From: a virus
Lineage: Duplodnaviria > Caudoviricetes
DNA length: 30,139 nt
Reading direction: 5' to 3' (one strand)
IMG/VR virus record: IMGVR_UViG_3300032318_002667
Coordinates: 1 to 30,139 of that record
The notes under the pieces are model-generated. The model searched no databases and was not told where the DNA came from. It worked only from the letters and a program-made list of their open reading frames with translations. Shown here one piece after another: positions 1 to 5,660 of this stretch (its first letter is position 1; the number at the start of each line of letters is the position of its first letter). The translations under genes were made by a program, and so were the position numbers.

Positions 1-37
1 ATTAAATGTCTCAGAGTCTTGTGATCTTACGCTTCGC

Positions 38-67
38 ATTATAACACGCTCTCTCACAAAATGTCAA
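38..67 (-). promoter_or_regulatory. sigma70-type promoter firing leftward out of the window
   Basis: The reverse complement reads TTGACA (67-62), an 18-nt spacer, then TATAAT (43-38), with an extended -10 (TGnTATAAT). Confidence 0.75.
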
Positions 68-116
68 CCCCCGCGCCCAAAAATATCAGAAACCCCCCAT
101 AAATATCCCCAAGAAG

Positions 117-145
117 TTGACAATAATCCCCCCATACTCTATAAT
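117..145 (+). promoter_or_regulatory. consensus sigma70-type promoter
   Basis: TTGACA (117-122), 17 nt, TATAAT (140-145), followed by GGAG (162-165) and ATG at 173. Confidence 0.85.
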
Positions 146-172
146 ACTTCTATAACACATCGGAGCATTCTT

Positions 173-337
173 ATGTCGGTATCTTATCAGTCAGCACAGA
201 AGCAACATGTCAGAATCACTCTAGATCTATCAGTTCTGAGTGACTTTAATGCCCGCGATATTGACTTCGAGAAACTATTTGAACTCGAACCAACTGAGAG
301 CGTCGATGTTTATATTGAGGAGTTCGACAGATACTGA
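173..337 (+). CDS. small hypothetical phage protein, 54 aa (MSVSYQSAQKQHVRITLDLSVLSDFNARDIDFEKLFELEPTESVDVYIEEFDRY)
   Basis: Translated by hand; below the ORF-track cutoff. Consensus promoter and GGAG SD lie upstream, with TGA at 335-337. Confidence 0.75.
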   Translation: MSVSYQSAQKQHVRITLDLSVLSDFNARDIDFEKLFELEPTESVDVYIEEFDRY

Positions 338-350
338 TAAAGAGCACCAA

Positions 351-405
351 ATAGTTTTGATAGCATAACCCCCTAAATATCATACAGTTATGCTATCAAA
401 ACTAT
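351..405. repeat. perfect 19-bp inverted repeat with a 17-nt loop containing CTAAATA
   Basis: ATAGTTTTGATAGCATAAC (351-369) and GTTATGCTATCAAAACTAT (387-405) are exact reverse complements. Confidence 0.95.
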
Positions 406-583
406 GCGCCCTCTAAAGTACAAGAATCTAGGACATGGAGCGATGGTTCGTGTACCTCACCTCACTGCCAAAGTATTACCGCGCCTGCAAGATTTCATGC
501 AAGAGATAGAAGAGTCTGGCAGAGATAGTGTAGACGTTCTCGGCACATTCTTCGACAGTTATGTAGAATCACTGCACTCTTAA
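404..583 (+). CDS. small protein, 59 aa, possibly ribbon-helix-helix-like DNA binder (MRPLKYKNLGHGAMVRVPHLTAKVLPRLQDFMQEIEESGRDSVDVLGTFFDSYVESLHS)
   Basis: Translated by hand, ATG 404 to TAA 581-583. Basic N-terminus, a short strand-like MVRVP segment, then two amphipathic helices. The fold is an inference. Confidence 0.6.
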   Translation: MRPLKYKNLGHGAMVRVPHLTAKVLPRLQDFMQEIEESGRDSVDVLGTFFDSYVESLHS

Positions 584-592
584 GTATAGTGA

Positions 593-650
593 TGTGCCAG
601 TTGTAGAGGTGTCACAATAAAAGAGCACTGCGTTCTAAAACCTGTATATT
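593..650 (+). promoter_or_regulatory. palindrome-associated putative early promoter
   Basis: TGTGCCA-N10-TGTCACA imperfect dyad (593-616), a second short dyad AGAGC-N5-GTTCT (622-636) where a -35 would be, and -10-like TATATT (645-650). Resembles motifs I recall upstream of cyanomyophage early genes. Confidence 0.55.
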
Positions 651-684
651 AAGAGAGTCAAAGGAGTTCACCGCTTTTCTGATT

Positions 685-867
685 ATGCACCTCCCCACCA
701 TCGCCGCCCTAATCGTTAACGTTCTGACTGAAGATCAGGCGACAGATCTTGTACTTGACATGCACAACACTGAGGAAGGTTCGGAAGCACTTCGTCTCAT
801 CGTTCGTGATAACGTTGGAGGTGCAGGTGAGTTTATTGCTAATGCTCTCTGGTTTCGTGGGTGGTAA
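685..867 (+). CDS. hypothetical protein, 60 aa
   Basis: ORF track; downstream of the putative early promoter and co-oriented with its neighbours. Confidence 0.65.
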   Translation: MHLPTIAALIVNVLTEDQATDLVLDMHNTEEGSEALRLIVRDNVGGAGEFIANALWFRGW

Positions 868-870
868 CAA

Positions 871-994
871 ATAGTCCTGAGTTATGACTATAAACTAACT
901 CCGTGAACTTGGGCACAATCACGTTAATCATGCCCAGGTAGGTGAGTAATGCAATCTACCGTGAATGGCAGCGATACACGTCACAACTCTGCCA
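871..994 (+). ncRNA. putative structured RNA: three tandem H-type pseudoknots plus one hairpin
   Basis: PK1: 871-876/886-891 and 879-884/896-901. PK2: 902-906/919-923 and 908-915/931-938. Hairpin: 937-943/954-960. PK3: 960-963/977-980 and 966-971/989-994. Confidence 0.65.
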
Positions 995-1022
995 AACGTT
1001 CTCTACACTTTTCTTCTTCATC

Positions 1023-1157
1023 ATGTCCAAGTCCGTGATTCTTTCTCTTCTCGCTCAAGGTAACAACGGCAATGAAATCTTGAACATTCTCGATAACATC
1101 GTCGAGCACATTGAGCAAGAGAACATTGATAGTTGTGCGGAGGTGTTTGCAGCATAA
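1023..1157 (+). CDS. small acidic peptide, 44 aa (MSKSVILSLLAQGNNGNEILNILDNIVEHIEQENIDSCAEVFAA)
   Basis: 3' part of ORF-track 942..1157. ATG 1023 is preferred because it follows a pyrimidine-rich leader, while the GTG at 942 lies inside the predicted RNA structure. Confidence 0.65.
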   Translation: MSKSVILSLLAQGNNGNEILNILDNIVEHIEQENIDSCAEVFAA

Positions 1158-1161
1158 AGTA

Positions 1162-1191
1162 TTGACAACCGTGCGTCCTCTGGGTTATACT
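1162..1191 (+). promoter_or_regulatory. sigma70-type promoter overlapping a hairpin
   Basis: TTGACA (1162-1167), 18 nt, TATACT (1186-1191). Confidence 0.6.
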
Positions 1192-1203
1192 TAGGGGGCG
1201 CAC
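1171..1203 (+). terminator. 14-bp RNA hairpin (possible terminator or 3' stabiliser)
   Basis: GTGCGTCCTCTGGG (1171-1184) pairs with CTTAGGGGGCGCAC (1190-1203) using four G-U pairs, 13 nt after a stop codon. There is no U-tract, so it is not a canonical intrinsic terminator. Confidence 0.45.
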
Positions 1204-1363
1204 ATATCCATGCGTTCGTGACACGTATCGGCAGTGTTTTTCGCGGTTTGTTTATGGCGTGGTGGCGGCGTAACGGGCGGTTTTAAAAACGCTTAAGTCC
1301 CTAACCTACAAACCTTTGAAAACGCGAGCTAACTATCACATTCTAAAAAAATTCCCCGGATAT

Positions 1364-1517
1364 ATGAGACCCTATAAAAACCTTCGCACAACAAAAACGC
1401 CGTACTGGAATTTTTGGAAGGTTGTTCTTGCAGGATGGATGATAAGATATCCGCGCCCCCTTTTTTGTTGCACTAGGACTTTTTATAGTTTTGATATATA
1501 ATTCAGTAACAAAATGA
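1364..1517 (+). pseudogene. small membrane protein gene with an apparent 1-nt frameshift at a C5T6 tract
   Basis: Frame 0 from ATG 1364 stops at 1501. Dropping one base at 1456-1466 gives ...WKVVLAGWMIRYPRP(L/F)FVALGLFIVLIYNSVTK* ending at TGA 1515-1517, a clean hydrophobic helix. Confidence 0.55.
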
Positions 1518-1549
1518 AATAGAAAGAAAAAATTCCGGAGAAATTTTTT

Positions 1550-1744
1550 ATGAACTGCAAGGTATATCACATATATGCAAAGGATACGTGTTTATTTCAT
1601 TCAATTAAAGAAGAAGAATTTAGCACGACTTGGAACACTTTAAAGAATATGGTTGGTTTAATGAAGACTGATTATAGTGTAGAAGATTTATCTTATGAGG
1701 AATTAATCATAAGCAAAGAGGTATATTTAAATTCCTCACATTGA
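1550..1744 (+). CDS. hypothetical phage protein, 64 aa
   Basis: ORF track; GGAG at 1537-1540 upstream. Confidence 0.75.
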   Translation: MNCKVYHIYAKDTCLFHSIKEEEFSTTWNTLKNMVGLMKTDYSVEDLSYEELIISKEVYLNSSH

Positions 1745-1769
1745 CAAACACTAAATAAACGGATAAAAT
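1741..1769 (+). promoter_or_regulatory. sigma70-type promoter with nested late-promoter-like motif
   Basis: TTGACA (1741-1746), 17 nt, TAAAAT (1764-1769); CTAAATA at 1751-1757 lies inside the spacer. Confidence 0.7.
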
Positions 1770-1793
1770 TGATATGAAGGTTGATTAAACTTT

Positions 1794-2561
1794 ATGGCAA
1801 AAGGATTTACGGTTAAAACAGTTGCACCAAAGGTTTCTACTGAAGAGTGGGATTATGATGCAATCAAAGAACGAATGAGAGGAAAGTCGATTGTCTTCTG
1901 CCTGCCTGGTAGAGGATGTTCATTTATCTTTTTGAAAGCATTTGTACAATTATGCTTTGATATGGTACAAAATGGAATGAGTATTCAGATTTCACAAGAT
2001 TACTCATCGATGGTAAACTTTGCACGTTGTAAAGTACTGGGTGCAAATGTACTTCGTGGCCCGAAGCAAATTCCTTGGGATGGTAAATTACAATATGATT
2101 ATCAACTTTGGATTGACTCGGATATTGTCTTCGACTCTACCAAGTTCTGGCAACTTTGTGATCTTGCACTGAATGCCGAAGGAGAGGAGAAGGAAATTGT
2201 TGCTGGTTGGTATGCAACAGAAGATGGACACACAACATCTGTCGCACACTGGTTAGAGGAAGATGATTTCCGCAAGAATGGTGGAGTGATGAATCATGAA
2301 AATGTTGAATCAATCTCCAAGCGTAGAAAGCCTTTCACAGTTGATTACACTGGATTTGGTTGGGTACTGATTAAGCACGGTGTTTTTGAGCGCCTTGAAT
2401 ATCCTTGGTTTGCTCCAAAGATGCAAGTCTTTGATTCTGGTAAAGTTCAGGATATGTGTGGTGAGGATGTTTCATTCTGTCTTGATGCAAAGGCAGCAGG
2501 TATGGTAACCTGGTGTGATCCTCGGATTCGTGTGGGACATGAAAAAACTCGCGTAATCTAG
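1794..2561 (+). CDS. GT-A fold glycosyltransferase-like protein
   Basis: DxD motif (LWIDSDIVF) plus TGFGWVLI, GEDVSFC and the C-terminal DPRIRVGHEK, all typical of GT2-like phage proteins. Confidence 0.8.
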   Translation: MAKGFTVKTVAPKVSTEEWDYDAIKERMRGKSIVFCLPGRGCSFIFLKAFVQLCFDMVQNGMSIQISQDYSSMVNFARCKVLGANVLRGPKQIPWDGKLQYDYQLWIDSDIVFDSTKFWQLCDLALNAEGEEKEIVAGWYATEDGHTTSVAHWLEEDDFRKNGGVMNHENVESISKRRKPFTVDYTGFGWVLIKHGVFERLEYPWFAPKMQVFDSGKVQDMCGEDVSFCLDAKAAGMVTWCDPRIRVGHEKTRVI

Positions 2562-2714
2562 ATGAAGAAACTTTACAATCTTTTATATAAAGGGCGTAAA
2601 ATTTATTCGAATCTCACTATGGAAGACTGTAGTGAGATTCTTGAAGACTTCTCTGAGCGTTTTTACTCGGGTGAAGATATTAATCCAAATGAAATTGAAA
2701 TGGAGGAAATTTAA
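2562..2714 (+). CDS. hypothetical protein, 50 aa (MKKLYNLLYKGRKIYSNLTMEDCSEILEDFSERFYSGEDINPNEIEMEEI)
   Basis: Translated by hand; ATG directly follows the upstream TAG and the stop abuts the next ATG. Confidence 0.7.
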   Translation: MKKLYNLLYKGRKIYSNLTMEDCSEILEDFSERFYSGEDINPNEIEMEEI

Positions 2715-2858
2715 ATGACAAAACGTCCAAGTTTGAATGGTAGAATTGTTATTGAATCACAGCCTAAAAAGTCACGTCAAGGGGCAGGACAACATACAAA
2801 GTATGCCGCGTCTTCTCGTAATAGTGCTCCAAAGCGTTATAGAGGGCAAGGTAGATAA
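2715..2858 (+). CDS. small basic protein, 47 aa, ending in KRYRGQGR
   Basis: Translated by hand (MTKRPSLNGRIVIESQPKKSRQGAGQHTKYAASSRNSAPKRYRGQGR). Strong GGAGG SD at 2702-2706 and abuts both neighbours. Confidence 0.8.
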   Translation: MTKRPSLNGRIVIESQPKKSRQGAGQHTKYAASSRNSAPKRYRGQGR

Positions 2859-3056
2859 ATGATTCAATTGAATCCTCAAATCCCAGTCGTTACCCCTAAG
2901 GGTAATGGTTGGGCTTTTTTTTGTATAGATAGATCTCAAGAACACGATTTGGAATGGGTTGTTTTTCTAGATAGTAATGGAGAATGTTGGACATTTAAAA
3001 ATTCCGATATTCGAATACAAAAGAATTTTACACTTCATCGAAATCCATTGCCCTAA
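2859..3056 (+). CDS. hypothetical phage protein, 65 aa
   Basis: ORF track; starts immediately after the upstream TAA. Confidence 0.75.
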   Translation: MIQLNPQIPVVTPKGNGWAFFCIDRSQEHDLEWVVFLDSNGECWTFKNSDIRIQKNFTLHRNPLP

Positions 3057-3145
3057 GGCATCCAGAATGCCCCACAATAGCGATGTAAGTCATTCGGGAT
3101 AGCAACCCCGTAAAAAGTTCTGATTTAATAAATCAGGAGCAAAAA

Positions 3146-3310
3146 ATGACTCAAGAAACCGAACCAAAAATGCTTCGTGAGATTGCAAATGATAATCTCA
3201 CACCCAAGAAGCATGATTTTCAAGTTCAAAAAGAACTTCATGAAAAAATTCGTAATGATGAAGATTATGATGATTGGGAATATGGTACAGAACCCATTTA
3301 TGGAATGTAA
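3146..3310 (+). CDS. small protein, 54 aa (MTQETEPKMLREIANDNLTPKKHDFQVQKELHEKIRNDEDYDDWEYGTEPIYGM)
   Basis: Translated by hand; AGGAG SD at 3135-3139, TAA at 3308-3310. Confidence 0.75.
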   Translation: MTQETEPKMLREIANDNLTPKKHDFQVQKELHEKIRNDEDYDDWEYGTEPIYGM

Positions 3311-3318
3311 AAAACACT

Positions 3319-3326
3319 GATAAATA
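3319..3326 (+). promoter_or_regulatory. T4-like late promoter (gp55-type)
   Basis: GATAAATA in the intergenic gap 20 nt before gp25; the T4 late consensus is TATAAATA. Confidence 0.7.
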
Positions 3327-3346
3327 ATATAGATTTATAATTTTTT

Positions 3347-3748
3347 ATGCCTTTAGAACGGGTAAGTAGTAGTTTTAAAGATCTAAGTTTGTCTTTTCAG
3401 GTTAATCCTCTGAATTATGATCTTATTTCGATCTTTAACCAAACTTCAATTTCCCGTTCTATTAGAAATCTTGTTTTTACTTTACCAGGAGAAAGATTTT
3501 TTAATCAAGATCTTGGTTGTAGAGTATCTAAAGTTCTTTTTGAAAATATAGATGAAATTACAGCATCTATAATTCAAACTGAAATTGAAACTACCATTAA
3601 AAACTATGAACCAAGAGTGTCATTAGCTAGTGTTGATGTATCTCCTAATTATGACGAAAATGAATTTGATGTGACAATTAAATATAATGTAATTGGAATT
3701 GATGTATCAGCACAAAAGTTAGAATTCGTATTACAGCCAACACGATAA
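3347..3748 (+). CDS. gp25: baseplate wedge subunit gp25
   Basis: FKDLSLSF, SIRNLVFTLPGERFF and IKNYEPRV motifs of the GPW/gp25 family; size and position before gp6. Confidence 0.92.
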   Translation: MPLERVSSSFKDLSLSFQVNPLNYDLISIFNQTSISRSIRNLVFTLPGERFFNQDLGCRVSKVLFENIDEITASIIQTEIETTIKNYEPRVSLASVDVSPNYDENEFDVTIKYNVIGIDVSAQKLEFVLQPTR

Positions 3749-5659
3749 ATGGCATTAGTTAATTTTACAAATCTAGATTTTGATCAAATTAAAAGTTCGA
3801 TTAAGGAGTACCTTAGATCGAACTCAAATTTTACTGACTATGATTTTGAGGGATCTAGTTTATCAATAATTATAGATACACTTGCTTATAATACATATAT
3901 CTCCTCATATAACGCTAACATGGTTAGCAATGAGGTTTTTATTGATGGAGCAACGTTAAGAGAAAATATTGTTTCATTAGCAAGAAACATTGGATATATT
4001 CCAAGATCAAGAACTGCGGCGAGAGCAAATATTTCTTTCTTTGTTGATACTACGGGTCTTACAACTAAACCAATCACTCTAACACTTAAAAAAGGTGTAG
4101 TTTCTACGTCAACAGGATCTTTTGGTGGTGATAGTTATAGGTTTATTATTCCAAATGATGTAACTGTTCCTGTAGTCAATGGAACTGCATTTTTTGATAA
4201 TATCGATATTTATGAAGGAAATTTCTTAACTTCGAATTTTACTGTTGATGCAAATAATATAAATCAAAAGTTTATTTTAGATAATGCAAATATTGATACA
4301 TCTTTAATCAATGTAAGTGTAAGAAATACTGAAGCAAGTACATCAATTAGAAAATTTATATTGTCTAATAGTTTATTTGACGTTACTACAGATTCAAAAG
4401 TTTTCTTTATTCAAGAAATTCAAGATCAAAGATATGAATTAATTTTTGGTGATGGAATTTTTGGAAAAAAATTAGAAAATTTAAATTATATTGAAGTATC
4501 CTATGTCATTACAAGTGGATTAGCTGCAAATGGAATTTCCAACTTTGTCTTTAATGGAAGATTAGTTGATAATGAATCAAGAGTTGTTACATCTGGAATT
4601 TCTTTAATTACAACAAATATAAAATCTCAGAACGGTAAAGAAATTGAATCTGTTGATTCAATTAAAAAATATGCACCTCAAATTTATTCTGCACAAAATC
4701 GTGCAGTAACTGCATCAGATTATGAAGCAATTATTCCAAAAATTTATCCAGAAACCGAATCTATTTCCGTATTTGGTGGCGAAGATTTAACTCCTCCAAA
4801 ATACGGAAAAGTCTTTATTTCTATAAAACCATTTAATGGTCCGTATGTTCCAGAACCAGTTAAAGAAAATCTTCAAAATAAACTTAGAAAGTATAGTGTT
4901 TCTGGAATTGTTCCCGAATTTTTAGATCTAAAATATATTTACCTTGAGTTTGATTCTACCATTTATTATAATACAAATTCTGCTCCAAGTGCAGATTATG
5001 TGAAATCAATTGTTTCATCAAATATTAATGATTATGCAGATTCTACAGAATTGAATCAGTTTGGTGCAAGATTCAAATATAGTAAATTTTTAAAAATTAT
5101 TGATGATAGTAATGTTTCAATTACTTCCAACATTACAAAAATAGAAATAAGACGCGATTTAAAACCAGCAATAAATCGGTTTGCTAATTATGAAATTTGT
5201 TATGGAAATCCATTTTATGTAAGCAAATGTAATGGATATAATATTAAATCATCTGGATTTAAAATAAGTGGTGTAAGTGAAACTGTATATCTTTCAGATA
5301 TTCCATCTTCTGACAATAAAACTGGAACTATCTTTTTCTTTAAACTTGAATCTTCTACTCAACCAACTATTGTAAAGAAAAACGTAGGAACAGTTAATTA
5401 TGAAAAAGGAGAAATTTTATTAAATCCAGTTAATATTGTAGCTTCAGAAAAATTTGTTGATGGTAATGCATTGATTCAAATTTCTGCAATTCCAAAATCA
5501 AATGATGTAATTGGATTGCAAGATTTATATTTGCAACTAGATATTAATAGCAGTAAAATAAATGTACTGTCTGATGTTATTTCTTCTGGTGCAGATACAT
5601 CTGGATCAAGTTATTTTGTTACATCAAGTTATACAAACGGAGACATTGTAAGATTATAA
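3749..5659 (+). CDS. gp6: baseplate wedge subunit gp6
   Basis: LDFDQIK, FTDYDFEGS, LARNIGY, YELIFGDG and AQNRAVTASDY motifs; 636 aa. Confidence 0.95.
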   Translation: MALVNFTNLDFDQIKSSIKEYLRSNSNFTDYDFEGSSLSIIIDTLAYNTYISSYNANMVSNEVFIDGATLRENIVSLARNIGYIPRSRTAARANISFFVDTTGLTTKPITLTLKKGVVSTSTGSFGGDSYRFIIPNDVTVPVVNGTAFFDNIDIYEGNFLTSNFTVDANNINQKFILDNANIDTSLINVSVRNTEASTSIRKFILSNSLFDVTTDSKVFFIQEIQDQRYELIFGDGIFGKKLENLNYIEVSYVITSGLAANGISNFVFNGRLVDNESRVVTSGISLITTNIKSQNGKEIESVDSIKKYAPQIYSAQNRAVTASDYEAIIPKIYPETESISVFGGEDLTPPKYGKVFISIKPFNGPYVPEPVKENLQNKLRKYSVSGIVPEFLDLKYIYLEFDSTIYYNTNSAPSADYVKSIVSSNINDYADSTELNQFGARFKYSKFLKIIDDSNVSITSNITKIEIRRDLKPAINRFANYEICYGNPFYVSKCNGYNIKSSGFKISGVSETVYLSDIPSSDNKTGTIFFFKLESSTQPTIVKKNVGTVNYEKGEILLNPVNIVASEKFVDGNALIQISAIPKSNDVIGLQDLYLQLDINSSKINVLSDVISSGADTSGSSYFVTSSYTNGDIVRL

Positions 5660-5660
5660 A

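Noticed and set aside
871-994. CRISPR mini-array, tRNA, or self-cleaving ribozyme (hammerhead, pistol) reading of the repeat units
   Set aside because: There are no identical direct repeats with spacers, no cloverleaf, and no CUGAUGA/GAAA core. The units resemble only the first stem and pseudoknot of pistol and lack its other stems.
942-1022. N-terminal extension of ORF 942..1157 from GTG 942
   Set aside because: It lies within the predicted pseudoknot array and translates a pyrimidine tract (TLFFFI). ATG 1023 is the more plausible start.
1021-1570. Minus-strand ORFs 1021..1224 and 1343..1570, and the TTG start at 1316
   Set aside because: The minus-strand ORFs are antisense to better-supported genes and have no recognisable motifs. 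ATG 1364 is preferred over TTG 1316.
3049-3060. TGCC-CTAA-GGCA hairpin at a stop codon as a terminator
   Set aside because: Only 4 bp and no U-tract.
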